NCBI GenBank assembly: GCA_030141605.1 | Contig: JAQGDQ010000161.1 | Span: 186,001-250,000 of the forward strand | DNA length: 64,000 nt | Direction: 5' to 3' | From: Tubiluchus corallicola | Taxonomy: Eukaryota > Animalia > Priapulida | Shown: positions 1-13,636 of the stretch, piece after piece | Layout: every line of letters starts with the position of its first letter | How positions within the stretch are numbered: the stretch's first letter is position 1 | Notes under the pieces: model-generated | Told to the model about the DNA's origin: nothing | The model's input: only the letters and a program-made list of their open reading frames with translations | Database searches by the model: none | Program-made: the position numbers and the translations under genes

Positions 1-2184
1 CAGAGGTGTTTTAACCATGATTGGTGTGTATCCCTCGTGCGTAGCCGCCCATTCATTTACAAACTAACCTGCTTAACTATCATAGCAAAGTACTCACCGT
101 GACCACTCAGTTATTTTTCCCCACAACGTGGTGTTAGCTACATTTGAATATTATGCGTTCATTTTCTATCATATACAAGCTGCATATTACACAGCGCATT
201 ATATCATATGCATTTGGAACTTTTAAGCCCCAGTATTAATGTAGTGTCCATAAAACGTACATTAAAACAGAATATAATCACTTTCATCCCTTTGGAAAGG
301 TTGGGCATCTGGTAAATATACTTTAATAAAGGTAATTTTAGCTGGTCTTAACACCAACACGTAAAGCACTGCATCATTGGAAAAATGCTGAACATTGTTA
401 TTTCACGCGTACTCGTAAAAATTCACTGTCTTTATATTTAATGTTTTACTATATAGATCATTTTTGATGAGATGCTACTATGATGATGAGATTCTTAATA
501 GCAGTCTATCTAAAGCTGCTGTTAAATAATATGTTTATTTGGCGACAAAGGCTCAGCGAAGGAATTTTTGACTTTGAGCTGCATTCTGCCGAGGAGCACA
601 AACTTAGCATGTTTAGCAATAATAGTCACGGTTAGTTGTCAATAATTATTCGTCTCCATAAAGCGGATAATTATTTGCATGAATGAATAATACCGAAATA
701 ACTAGGTGTTTGTCACGTTCGACCTGTTATGAATCATGGTTGTTTGTGAGATTTTGTCGGTACACACCCTCAGTCTACCTCATGAGTAATACATAAAGTG
801 GTACAGACCGAGAGGCAGCGCTAAGCTAACACTGTAGGCAGTTGTTGGTGACAATTTAGGCTTGTAAATTGAGTGGCTAGGTCCTATTGTGAACACGCCT
901 TTATAGGGTTCAAAGTATGTATTTTTCTGCACCGTCGTATTGATAACTGAACATATTTGTGCACTAGTGCTGTACACAGTACGCCGCCATTGGTTGCTAT
1001 GATGTCGGCGCCCTAGAACAGCTGGTGTTAATCTTGATCGATTAAATTAAATTACGCCGGAAACAGTGGTTCAACCGAGAAACCAATAGACGTAATTAAC
1101 ATTGTGTACCTAGCGTTGAACGTAGGAATTAATCAACAAGGCATGTCATACTCATCGATTTCCAATTAATCATATTTGTAACGTTTTAAAAGTATTTCAG
1201 ACTTGTCGGCATTTAAGTATGTAGGTCAAAAGAAACGTAATAAAAAGCGCAGTGCTACTTGTAAACACAGTTCTTTTAAAAGTAGAAACTTTCAGATGGG
1301 CAACCATCCATGTCACAGTTTCTTTTCTATTCACTGCTCGAGATTTAACGCTTCTTTGCCCATCCAAAGGTCCGTTTGCAATTGTTGCCCAGATATATAT
1401 ATATATATATATAATTTTAGTAATATTAGTAATTTGACAGTCACGTGACTGTTTGTACAGGGATGCATTGTATTTTACAATTCTAAGCATTTTTTATTTG
1501 TCATAATAATTATTATGACCCACTATTCATTAACAATAAAGAGGAGCCAGAACTGCTAATTAGTGGACTTCAAGACAACCTTCCTTAAGCACTTAACTAA
1601 TAAAACTTGACCGTGAATCACAAGACTTGTCAGTTGTTAGAGATTTTACCCATTGAAACACAATTGCAAGTGTTTGCCTACACGCAGTTGATCAAATAGT
1701 TTGAGTAGGTTCCTATTTTCATTTTTCTGTAGCTGTACTGGCTGTAAAACCTAATAAACGTTCTGATTGTGCCAGAAAGCTTTTCAGCTCTTGCAGTAAG
1801 ACTAGATTAATGAATCTGTACAATTTAATTTCCTCGGGTGTATTATCAACTATACATAAGCATGATAGATGAAAATGGGTGTAAAACGAGGAAGTAATAA
1901 TTTATTGTTGCTGTTGTACGCCTAAGGTAATATGCCAGTATCTAGAATCATATGAAGAGTTAATTTTATAACAAACATGTTTTGTGTAAATGTGTTACAG
2001 TTAATGAATAATGAGTTGTTTAGACTTGCCGTCTGCCCGTTCGTGTTTGTGTAATTGTGGCGTCTTATCGATGGCTGATGATGTAACACATCTTTTTTAT
2101 TACATTTGCTAGAACATTTCCAAAACGCTTACCAAAATTGACAGTATACTCTGTTTCTTAAGAAATTTCTTGTTTCTTTTTCAG

Positions 2185-2685
2185 GATGACTTTGACTCTT
2201 TGAGACCGCTCTGTTATCCAGGTACGGATGTTTTCCTCTTGTGTTTCAGTACTGTGTCTCCTACGTCATTTCATAACATTGTCGACAAATGGTTACCAGA
2301 AATTCGGACCCACTCGGCAAAGACGCCTGTGATTTTAGTCGGTACTCAGTCGGACCTTCGAAATGATGTGAAGGTCCTAATCGAGCTTGCTAAATACAAT
2401 GACCAACCAGTATTGGAAGAGGAAGGTAAACGATTGGCCAATCAGATCGGTGCTTTGTGTTATATTGAATGTTCTGCATTGACCCAACAGAACTTGAAAG
2501 AAGTATTCGACACGGCACTTCTGGCAGCTCTGAAGAAAAATGGACATTTCCGGAAGTCGAACATTAGTGTCTGTAGCGCTACCAAGGTTAAAGCGAAAAA
2601 ATTTTTGAAATGTGCAAGGAAGCATCGGGACAGTGATGTGCCCCAGTCAAAAAAAGGCTGGAAGAAATTTTGCTGTTTCATGTAG
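2185..2685 (+). CDS. RHOU: RhoU/RhoV (Wrch-1/Chp-like) Rho GTPase, last coding exon; upstream exons not identified in the window
   Basis: Acceptor TTTCTTTTTCAG ends at 2184. It is followed by DDFDSLRPLCYPGTDVFLLCFS, G4 GTQSDLR, G5 YIECSALTQQNLKEVFD and C-terminal WKKFCCFM, typical of RhoU/V. The ORF-track start at 2170 is intronic. Confidence 0.9.
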   Translation, partial: DDFDSLRPLCYPGTDVFLLCFSTVSPTSFHNIVDKWLPEIRTHSAKTPVILVGTQSDLRNDVKVLIELAKYNDQPVLEEEGKRLANQIGALCYIECSALTQQNLKEVFDTALLAALKKNGHFRKSNISVCSATKVKAKKFLKCARKHRDSDVPQSKKGWKKFCCFM

Positions 2686-5600
2686 AAGAAATGCTTTTAG
2701 CCCTTTCAAGACTTTGGACCAGAACAGGAACTTTGTCTGTGATTTCTAGTAATGCTGGTGGTGCATATGGGCAGTGTGTACTTGATTTAGGCCTGTATGT
2801 CTTTCCTTCAAAACGTGTTTTTGCGTGATAAGTGAAAGTGCTAGTTGTGTATAAATCGAGATATGTATATATTGATTTACTGAATTTCTGGTCACTGGTG
2901 TTTTAGTCACTAGGGACAAGTTAGTATTAAATTAGTGCCAAGTGGTTGTGCTGGAGTTTAACAATAAATAATTTGTCATTTTATCTTACCTTTTAGATGA
3001 GCCACGTATAGCTGTTTGTTGATGTCTGTATTTAAGTAAGCTGTAATGTTTTTTGTACTAGTACTTATCTGTTTTTCCCCTTCTAGGTTACTGATTAAGG
3101 TTCTCAATTTTACCACAGTTGTAGTATATATGGGAAATTGTGCTTCTAGAGCAGTGTGAATTATATCGTAGGTTTTTAAGGCTTCGAAAGAAAGTCTAGT
3201 CGAGATTTGCTGGAGGTGAAACTAGGTGGAATAAGTTGGAACGTGTTACAGTGATAGTCACCTGCTGGAAAGCCTTAAAGTTGTAATCCTTACTAAATAT
3301 ATACCTACATACTTGTATTCAGCAAAGTTTCCAACCTGACTACTTTGAACACTGTTAAGTTTTTTTTTGAAGCATAAACTGATACACCATGTGAGCTTTC
3401 GCCTGCTTTCTCCTGGCTGAGTTTTGTTTGTGAACTTTCAATTGCCTTTTTGTTTATTTAAGCTTGCCTGAACTAACCAAATTCTATTGTCTGAAACGCC
3501 TGTTCAGCAATTTTGCGTTTGGCTGTCCTGAAATGCCTCAAGATTTTTGAATAGACCATTAGAAAGGAAGACTCCTCGTTCATGTCAAATTTTAGGAAAA
3601 ACGTGCTTTTATCCTCTACACATTGTACAAGATATTTGTGCATTAAATAGATTGTGATTAAATTTATTTTTCTGCATTTCCCCAACACCTTCAGTCCCAG
3701 ACCCGCTGATGTGTGGTCTTAGAAATGTGACCGATCATTGTGCTCTTGACAAACCGTCAACTTTGGTTTTGTGATTAGATTAGTTGTATGAAGACGGTGG
3801 AACAGTTATCACCTTCTGTCTGCAGACGGTAGACCCGTCAGCTGTTTCATTACTCAAAACTGTCCAAAATATTTCAAGCAAAGAAACTAGAGCATGGTTT
3901 CTTGATGTTCTACACTGTGAATTAAAACCTGTCAGACTAAAGTTTAAAATGGACAAAAAAATTAACCAAATTTCTGCTGTAAGCTTAACAGAACCATTGA
4001 CGGAGGGTAGTCATTGATCATAACTGTGTTCAATCAGTGTGCGCCAGTGAACATTAGATTTTGAAGCATAGGAACGCAGCAGTCCGTTGAGAACGCTTTA
4101 TTTCTGAATCAGTCGTACAGCCGGCGTCTTTAAATCGATTCCGCTTAGACCATAAATTTCTCAGTAAGATGTCCTTAACCATTTACTTTTCTTTAGTCCT
4201 GGAGTGACGTTATTAGGTCAAGGGTTTTTCTCTACTTATTAGTCGACTAGCTGATCAAAGAATCCGTGTGTGCTTCTTTCATTATGTGTGTGACAGTCAA
4301 ATAGAAAAAATAGCAAACATTCGTATGTTCGCTTCCTAATAAATATGTACTATGTTATTACAGGTACATTGATACGACCTTAATTTCAGTAGCTTTTGGC
4401 AAAGTTGATAACAAAGCTTTGTTAGCGCTTGCTAATTTATTAACTTGTTGTCTTCAGCATTTTTTTCAGTTGCGTCAGCTCAATATGTTGTGCAAACTTT
4501 TTGCCTTTATTTTGCACGTGTTGTACTCTCAGCACTACTCCCTCCCCACCAAGTCATAAGATACCCAGCCTAACTATTGCGCTTTACCTACAGTCATGAC
4601 CTTAGTAGCTAGCCCACGTTTCCTGTATTTCTTCTACAACAATCTAATGACTCAGAGCTAGTTTGTTGAAGTATGAAAACCCCTGACTGTTCTTGGTCTA
4701 GCGGTTGTTCTAATTCTAGCCCTTAATGGTTATTATCTGTAATTTCGTTGATAACGAGCCCTGAGCGTGCGACATTGGTGTTATTATAACTAGCTGAAAA
4801 CTCAGACCAGTTTTGCGCTATTTGTGTGTAAAAGAGGAGCAGACATTGTACCCTGAAATGCTCCCAACTGACTGAAGCACAACAGTTATATAAGTTGATT
4901 GATTTCAGTGTTAACACATTGCTGTAAAATTACAATAAAACAGAAATTTCCACTTTTAAAAAGTTTAAGTAAATCCCAACGGATGTGTTAGTACATAGTT
5001 AAAACTTGCTCAACAAGCTTCTTGGATGTATTATCTTAATTGAATGTAAAAATTTTGTAAATACTTATGTGAATTATTGAATTCTAGTTCTTTTATCAAT
5101 CTAGTTTCACTGTAAAGTTTGCATTTTACAATAATTAAAATGCTCAAGTTAAAAATCTGTTTTGCTTTTTGTTTTATTAAATTTAAAATGTAAATGCAAA
5201 TGTTTAATCGTTCCAACATAGTGTAACATTACTGAAGGAGAAGGGAGAAGCCGCCAAAGCGAAGCACTTGCATTTGCGGTCAAATTTACAGTATTGTGAC
5301 AGGTTTTCATTTAACCTTTACACAAAAACTTTAACGACTTTAACCGTATAGTAAGCTAAACAAATCCAACGATTTCTATGTCTATGATCAATAAAAACAA
5401 ACTTTGCGAATGTAAATGTATAATATACGTATAATTTAAAATTGTCCACTAGACTCAGTGTGGTGCAAAAACATCGTCAAACAGTAACTATATACGACTG
5501 TTGCAAATTTTACAAACTATTTTACACTTCTCATTTCTAATGACTGTAGTAAATCCACGAAAGTAATTTGTATAGTTTATATTACACCTTCTACATAAAC

Positions 5601-7922
5601 ATCTCATTAAGAACAATATTAAGCGTCATGTAATAGTAAATTTATTTATTCATAAACTTAATACAATAGTTAAGATTTTAGTGCACATTATACATATAAA
5701 TATGAGCAGAAATAACAAAAGATCTTACAGTCACCTAAGGTGGATATTAAGTCAGGTGTAAGAAAATACTTCCAAGAAAAGCATGATTAATCTCGCTTAC
5801 AAAACACGCGTCCATAATATTTGTTTCTTCATTATAAATGCAATTCCAATTCTTGGATAACTGCAGTGTCTTATTGTATTACTGCGTTACATTGTGCTGC
5901 CATCGGACGGACAGCAATAACAACAACTCATCGTGGTGTTTTCTTTGCTTGTAGCTCCTACTGTCACCTTTTATGAGACAATAATTAATTTCAATGTAAA
6001 ATTGTTTGCGTTATGCAAAGGTGTGCATTTGCATTATAAATGTATTAAGAAGATTTTTCTAGTCGTCTAATAATTTAGGATTTTAGTACATTCTGCTGAC
6101 TCCTAAGCTATTACATTTCTAGTAAAGAATTCAATAACTAATATTAGATTATTTTAAATTAGTTGTAAAGTGATCATTATGCAAAATACACTGTTGATGT
6201 TTGTGGCGAGATCAGAACTTTGCTCATTATCAAGGCTAACTCTCTGAGAGGAAGCACTGAACCAGCAGCAGAATGCAGGTAATAGCCTCTGAAACTACAT
6301 ATAATTTCTCTTAATTGTAACTTTTGAATCTCGACAGATAAAGTAGTGCTCTTTGGTGACAAAAAAGAAGACATTATAGCTTGATGTCTAATAAAAGTGA
6401 ACACAAATCTATCTTTATTAATGCTGACATTAGCTACCATCAATAATCATCATAAAATGCTGAAAAGTTTATAAACTATGTTGTATAAAAGAAACACAAA
6501 TTCGCAATGAAATAACCTTCATTCAAAAAATTATATAAAGTCAGAATTACGGCCAGCAAAGTAAGAATTCTAAGATGTGTGTCTAATACACGTACCTGTT
6601 TTAAAAATAGCACAGTGTGAGACTCCTGAAAAGTATTTAGCAAATTCAAGGTTGGGTTGCCTAGTTTGAAAAAGTACTTCTTACAATTACATCTCAAATT
6701 CAAAGGAAGTATTTTATTTTAAATTGATAAACAACAGCTAGAGTACTTTGCAAAAGCTGCATTTATTCAGCACAATTTTTAAGATAATCTGGAAATCCAC
6801 TGTATTAAAACTCCCTGGATTATTATGAAGGATCATAAAAAAACAATCATACAATTACATGTAAACTACTCTAGTGGTGACTTTATTAAAACATGCCTTT
6901 GCAATATGATTCATTTTACGAATTGCTTTAATAATGTTGTTTAGCTTAATTTTGCCAAAAGCAAAAATTAGTAAAATTATTAGAATAAGCTTTGTATGTA
7001 TTGTTTTGAATTTTTTTCTGCTTTTAGAATAGTATAAAATATGCGTGGCTTTTCACTTAGTTCTATGGTAACAACTACTCCATAGTATCCTGTTTAAAAT
7101 ATACAACTTTTGGAGGCAATAAGAACAGTAGCATGCAAAAGGAATTACTGACAATCACTGCATTTAAATAAACGGTTTCCTTGAACACTTTGTGCCTAGC
7201 AAAGTAAGTTGTAACTAATGGTAACAGTAATGATTATAAATTCAATTTGGTTGCCTTACTGCTCTTCAGTTTTTTCTCGAGTTGTTACTACTCGAGTAAA
7301 TTTTTTAATTGTGAGCAACATATACCAAAAAATTTGACATATATACTTATATATGTGTAGTACATTTATTGTAGAAATTACGCATTTCATGACACAACTA
7401 CTTGTTTTGTTTGATACTTGTGAAAGAAAATAGACACAGTGCAGAATATACAGGTTTTTAAAAGCTGGTACCTGAGGCATATAGATACTGTTCATCACAT
7501 TATTCTTGTTGCTGTTTAGATTTGTACCACATTCATATCACATATTGCATGTTAGAATACAAAAGGCAATTCCCTTCAAGCTTAATTTGATAGTTCATAA
7601 TGCTTTATAAATTACGCTTAGTAAATATGTTATAGATAAATTTCAGTAATGCTAGCTATTATAAGATATAGAAGTGATGACAGATTTTTGCATAAGACAT
7701 ATCGTTTAAGCCACTGCACCTCTACTGGCTTTTTTTATTAAAAGCAGCATGATTTTAGTTGAACTCCAATACCTTCTTTAGCTAACTTTGCAATTAGTTA
7801 TGTTTACAAATACAATACCTATGGATTTTAGCATGCTGTGTTTTTAATTCAAATAAAAGTTTCATCACAACATATAGTTATGATTGATAATCACATCACA
7901 AAACATTTTCTGTTTGGTGAAA

Positions 7923-8933
7923 TCATGGTGAAGTAGAAGCCTTACTGCCCACCTGATTGAATAACCGATCTTTCAGTACCTGGGACATCAGTCCATGAAT
8001 TGCTTCAACGGTTGTTTTACAGCAGTCTTTTGTAGCTTTCAACAACCTGTCTTCCGTTTTTTTGTCATGTGAATCGATGCCAAGAACAAACCCAGCTCGC
8101 CCAAGCTGCGTTTCAGCAGCCTCGAGTTTATCGGATAAATCAAATATTTGTCCCGTCATGTAATCAGCATTAGTCAGAAGGCTAGATGAACTTAAAGTTG
8201 TTACCCAGTATGTGTTCCACAATGATTCCAATAGCTTCTTATCCAAGTGTGACTTAAAGTAGGAAACCTCTAATGAATAGTACTGCCGGCAATGCACTCC
8301 AAAATCTTCAATTTTATTCAAAGGAATAGTCTGGTATTCGGAGGGACCTTCATCTGGTGGCTTATAACCTTTTGGGTAGGTTCTAAATGCACCCAAGTTC
8401 ACTTTTCCTGCAGAGATAGTTCTAACAGGATCTATGACGATAGCAACAAATGGTTCCTGAAATTGTTGATTGAGCATCTGTGTGCTCACGTCAATTCCAG
8501 ACAACCAGCAGCCGTATCCCGGATGAGAATGATACCAACCAATCGCATTTTCTAGACGGCCGACAACCTTAGCACTCTCTGTATATGCTGTCATGTATTC
8601 GTAAGCGGCGGCTTGGGCATTTACCCTCGTTTCTGTTCCTTCTACTGGCAGTGCAAAGCAATCCATAACAATCATTGTATACCCATCGACTTTTCCCAAC
8701 AGCAACCCCATGACTTCCAGTGTGCCTCCAGCTCGAGCATGCATGACCATTTTCAGTAAAGCAAGAGCTGAAATCTTAATGTCTTTGTAGTAATGAGGAT
8801 CTTTTTCCCATGGCTTTGAAGCTAGTATTTCCTGTTGCTGAGCTCGGTCGTATTTGTAAATATCGTCAGCAGTTGCTACAGATTCAATGTTATTTGACAC
8901 TTCCCAGGTTTTCTGTGCCATCTTTGAATCCAT
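7923..8933 (-). CDS. COPS5: COP9 signalosome subunit 5 (CSN5/JAB1), single-exon CDS, 336 aa
   Basis: MPN+/JAMM motifs LEVMGLLLG and [18 protein letters not shown], plus [17 protein letters not shown]. Acceptor TTGTTTTTAG (AG at 8941-8940) lies 6 nt before the ATG. Confidence 0.97.
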   Translation of the reverse strand: MDSKMAQKTWEVSNNIESVATADDIYKYDRAQQQEILASKPWEKDPHYYKDIKISALALLKMVMHARAGGTLEVMGLLLGKVDGYTMIVMDCFALPVEGTETRVNAQAAAYEYMTAYTESAKVVGRLENAIGWYHSHPGYGCWLSGIDVSTQMLNQQFQEPFVAIVIDPVRTISAGKVNLGAFRTYPKGYKPPDEGPSEYQTIPLNKIEDFGVHCRQYYSLEVSYFKSHLDKKLLESLWNTYWVTTLSSSSLLTNADYMTGQIFDLSDKLEAAETQLGRAGFVLGIDSHDKKTEDRLLKATKDCCKTTVEAIHGLMSQVLKDRLFNQVGSKASTSP

Positions 8934-9121
8934 TTTGACCTAAAAACAATAATAACACCAATAGCCATTAATAAAAGAAATGTAATCTTGCATATATCAT
9001 TACATCACTTGCACACATCATCACTACCATTTTACTATTAAGTCCTAGCCTGCTCTTGAACAAAACTTACTTTATTTAGAATTAGTGGCATAACTATTCA
9101 TCTGCAGAGCCCTCAATACAT

Positions 9122-10207
9122 AGATCGCAAAATGTCAATCAACCAGTGGGGGTCCACCTTGCAATGACCAATGAGGCGCTTTTACCTAGCACTTACTGTT
9201 TTTCGATTGTTCGGGCCTGGGATTTGTTGAGGCTTTACTCACATGCCCAGCAATATTTGTTCTTAAATTCTATATGAAATATACGGTTAAAGCATGTGTT
9301 CATGATTATTTTTCTTTCTTCTTATGATAAAATACCCTTTGCAGGTAAAATTCGTTAATAGTAGTGAAATACGGTGAAGCGTTGTGCTTGCGACACATGT
9401 GATACGGTTGTTCGCTATCCAGAAAGATTAGGAGATCTTCGACTTATACGTTTCCCCAACCCAAAAAAGACTTAGACAGGTATCAACGTTGAGTCAGAGC
9501 ATGCGGGAGGCCACATGAACAGCTCAACCCATTGAAAATTAATAAAAATCGTGCTGTTGCTCAAAGAGAAGTTTTCTAATGTTTTATTATTACTGCTGGC
9601 TACTAGTAGAATGTGGCGTGCTAAATCCGGACTTAACGCACTGTAACAAGATATTCCAGATACTGTACAGCAAAAAATAGGATTTCGTTCGTTGAGTATG
9701 ACTGTCTGAACATACAGTAGTATAGTTAAATAGTTCAGCTGGGATAAATCACTTGATGTTTATTTAATTTATACAGTTTTCATGTTTATGTTGGAATTAG
9801 GTACAAGACACTAAAATAATTTGTTTTTGAGGTAAATAAAAATGTTACAAAAATTTTGCTTTACAACACAACATGTAAAGCAAAATTAACATGCCGTTTC
9901 ATATTTGATTTGTTATTATTATTGTAACGCTTTTATAGTAACTATGTTTGATATCTCTTGATATAGTGCACATATCCTTGCATATAATAATTAAGCCCAC
10001 TTTGTAAGGATTTACTAGACAAGTTCTTATAGTTTGGTTTGTATCACGATACAATTTCCGGAATTGGCGATAAATCCCTTAAAATACACCCATTCTCCAT
10101 GTTTTTCATGGTTGTTTATATACTGTACCGACTTGCAGCGAGCGAGTGTTTGTGAGAATGTGTGTTACATGATCAACGTGGGTGGGGCTAAACGCCGCTT
10201 GGGATCT
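9122..10207 (+). mobile_element. Internally deleted ISL2EU-like (PIF/Harbinger-related) DNA transposon
   Basis: Termini AGATCGCAA and TTGGGATCT form an 8/9 inverted match, with AT on both flanks (9120-9121, 10208-10209). It contains a decayed THAP domain on + and a second decayed ORF start on -. Confidence 0.65.
9371..9566 (+). pseudogene. Degenerate THAP zinc-finger coding remnant
   Basis: Reads (T)VKRCACDTCDTVVRYPERLGDLRLIRFPNPKK, then after a frameshift DLDRYQR*VRACGRPHEQLNPLKINKNRAV. This fits the THAP C-x4-C...FP...W pattern, with ACG in place of ATG and TGA in place of the Trp. Confidence 0.75.
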
Positions 10208-11930
10208 ATTTCAGATGGATCCATATAGGAAAGAGGCTCTTGAAGATAAGTGAAATGATAATAACTCAAGGTAGTTTAATACAGGAATGACTACACTTGT
10301 TCAAGACACGCTTGGAAGGAAATTACATAGATTTCAATTATTACAGTTAAACTGGTAACATTCCAGTCAATTCTGCTACCTAGGCAATTGTGGAAGAAAT
10401 CTGAATAGCTTGGAAGTCTACTGGATATTGGTGAAGATATAAAAAGAAGAAGCATATTAACTTCGACTGCATACTCTCAAAGTGAATACAGATGCCAAAC
10501 ATGAAAAAAGATTTCAGTGAATTACTGGGAAATAAAAGTAAAAATGTTATCTGTATTAGCAGAACCTATATTCCTATATAAGTCTAAACTGTGTATACTG
10601 AAGTTACTCAATAGAAACTAGAGGCATTTTGGTTAAAACAAAATGTACCAAAATAGCCAAACAAAGTCTCTAACAGAGAAGTGTAGTAAAAAGCTAACAA
10701 AGAAACAAAAGAAGACAGCTTGTGATGGTATAACATGCGATCAGATTTCACAATAATTTGCCATTGAAACTGGTTTAGTGATTTACTGAAACCGTGAAAT
10801 TTTTTTAACTTATACAGATGTAATGTCTTACCAACATAATTGAAATTTAAAAGACACAAGCAGGTGGAATCAGCAATTACAAGTCCTCTGTCCCAGGTCT
10901 CTACTAGTGCAACAAAAAAGTTTGTTTAGAGAGTGAATGTATGATATAACCCAGTTTTGGGTTCCTTACACAATGGGTACCAAAATTAAATTCTCAAAAA
11001 TAGCCAAATTAATGAGGGTGGCTGCAAAGGTGAGTTAAAGAATAAAGATGAGTTAGTTGTACTTATACTGAGGAATGATGAAAAGCTTAACCAGATTCAG
11101 ATTTAATCGACTGCAAAGTCGTTGTATTTGTAATAGCACTTTAAAGTATGAGTCAATAGATAATAATAGTAATACTAATACATTAATAAACTAAACCGTA
11201 AGAAAAATCACCAAATGGCTAGCTACAACAATAAAACATTAGAAAAACCATACTATTTTTAACACCAGCTTTTAAAAAAACCTACTATTTATTGTTGCAA
11301 CAAACTTGAAATGTTAGATGCAGTTCCTGAGCATTTTCGTTTTCGCAAAATAACAAAACTGCAAATTCTGCAATGGCAAAAATTATAACTTATTATTGCA
11401 ACAAGAGAAACCTTTTTTCATTAAGTTCGCCGAACATGCTGTACGCCGTGAACCGTAACGCCTGTAGCTACTACCTGTGCAGCTGCGCGTGCGTTTTCGA
11501 GTTTGTTACCTGCCATTTTATTGTCACAGGTGTGGTTATGTTGTTTGAATGCAAAGTGACGAACGTTTGATATATTTTTGAAAGCTGTTTTAAAGGTATC
11601 TGAAATGTTCAGTTTACTGTCTTGTATAACGTCGTAGGATAATTATGAGACCTAACAATAAGTGGATTTAAGCGCAATTCGCGGTTTAATTTGAGCGTTT
11701 TTTTCAAACTCTAATTAAGTTTGCAACCAAAGCTGTAGCCGATTGTCTTTTACTGTTCTAATCCAACTTACCGTTAAATTTTGTTTATAATTTTTGTAAT
11801 TCCTGCTGGGAGTGTTTTAAGGTATTGATTAAATCATTTTTTTGCATTAAAGTTAAACCATTTGTCGTTTATTAATGTTAACCATCAAAAGCTTTGATTT
11901 TTTCTTGTAGCAATTAACTATAAATGCAAT

Positions 11931-12737
11931 ATGGCACATGGAGAAGGCGAAGAGTACATTATCAAAAAGCAGCGCAGACTTCCGTCTTATGTTGTATTTG
12001 GCTCTATATTTACATATGCTGCTTGTGCTCTGATTATCATAGCTTTTGCAAGTCCTAGTTGGCTAACGCGAAACAGACGGGTGTTCAACACTCTTAATAA
12101 GATAGGATTGTGGGAAGTCTGCTTTACAGGCTTCTGGGACCCAATCTTATCACTGAACAATTACGAAGAATTTGAGAGAGATGGTTATCTACTGAAAGTT
12201 TACTCTGACTGTCGATGGGTATTCAACTGGGATTTAGTGAGAATACGACTCCGGCTGCTTCCACCCTGGTTCATTGCTGCTCAGGTATTCTCTGTTTTTG
12301 CACTCATTCCTGTCATGCTCGCTGCTTTGATAAACATTTGCACACTTTGTCATTGCTGTGTTAGATCGAGAAAGACTTGCTATGGTATCCATACCATACT
12401 CATGTTCATTACATTTTTCTGTGCATCAATAACACTGGCTATATTTGGTGGGAAAGCCTTAGAGAGTGATGAATGGATGCCTGGACATCGCTGGAATCAA
12501 TTTGGTTGGTCCTATGCCTTCTGGATCATAGGAACAATCTGCGCATTCTTTGCTGGGTGTATGTATGCATCACAATGGACTAAAGAAAGACGTGGAATTA
12601 CACAACCGAAACCAGCTCCATTACATTTCCAACCAGCTTTTTCATCCAGCCAGCAGATGGAGCCGATGACATCAACAGAAAGCCAATCATACCCAATGAC
12701 AAAGTATCCACAGGAATCAGTTGACACAGATGTGTGA
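11931..12737 (+). CDS. Invertebrate claudin-like (PMP22/EMP/claudin) four-TM protein resembling the pickel/kune-kune group, single-exon CDS
   Basis: Four hydrophobic segments, W...GLWEVC...C first-loop signature, FGWSY before TM4 and C-terminal DTDV (class I PDZ-binding-like). Acceptor TTTCTTGTAG ends at 11910. Confidence 0.88.
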   Translation: MAHGEGEEYIIKKQRRLPSYVVFGSIFTYAACALIIIAFASPSWLTRNRRVFNTLNKIGLWEVCFTGFWDPILSLNNYEEFERDGYLLKVYSDCRWVFNWDLVRIRLRLLPPWFIAAQVFSVFALIPVMLAALINICTLCHCCVRSRKTCYGIHTILMFITFFCASITLAIFGGKALESDEWMPGHRWNQFGWSYAFWIIGTICAFFAGCMYASQWTKERRGITQPKPAPLHFQPAFSSSQQMEPMTSTESQSYPMTKYPQESVDTDV

Positions 12738-13579
12738 AGGCTGCTTAAGTTTTCGTTTTTCTATATGGCCCAATGATAATTTTGTGAACTAGACTGTAGA
12801 AGCGATTCCTTTTCTCCATGTTAGACACTGTGACATGTAGTCCTAAGAATGCATCCAACAGAGTACTATTGATCTTTCTCATATAGTGAAGTGCTACACT
12901 TATTTTGCATGCAGTGCACAATCACATGCCAATTTTACTACAATGAGTATAAAGTGTAATTTTTTATGCACAATATGTATACGTAAAATAATTTTTTTTA
13001 TTTTATTTATAAAGTACTTTTGACAACTGCTTGATCAAAATAAATTATGGTTTTTGATACAGACTCGAAACAACTCATTAGGTTTAAGTCTAAATGACAA
13101 GAAGGGATGTGAGAAAGAAATTTTTTTTAATTAGCTGGTCTAAATAATGGTTACAACTGAGGGTAGACAATGAGTAGGAATATTGTAGACGATTATTGTC
13201 ATATGTTACTTCTTTTGTAACATTTGTGTTTTGTTTATATTTTGATCATGTATGGTAGTATAGCCTTTTTGCTTTTTGTAAACAATTTTAATGATTTTTA
13301 ACATTGTATTACTTGACTCATGTACGGAAGGAATCTCAGTTTTTATGACAGTATAATTATTTTTTTAAAAGTAAAAATAAATGTAAATTATGATATTACA
13401 AAGTACTCAAATAACATTTGACATTATCATGCTGTAGAAATTTACTATGTTAAAGCTGCATGTCAAATTCTAAATTAGTGCCTTCTGGATCAGTTTCATC
13501 AAAACATAATTTGTTATCATTTCTGTTCATAAAATTGTTTATTGCTTCTTTCACAAAATGTATAATTTATAATTGTTTA

Positions 13580-13582
<3 letters not shown>

Positions 13583-13629
<47 letters not shown>
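13583..13629. repeat. (TC)n microsatellite
   Basis: Perfect TC run. Confidence 0.95.

Positions 13630-13636
<7 letters not shown>

Noticed and set aside
2170-2184. ORF-track N-terminus MFLFQ of the Rho ORF
   Set aside because: It is the polypyrimidine tract and acceptor. The protein lacks G1-G3, so this is an internal splice boundary, not a start.
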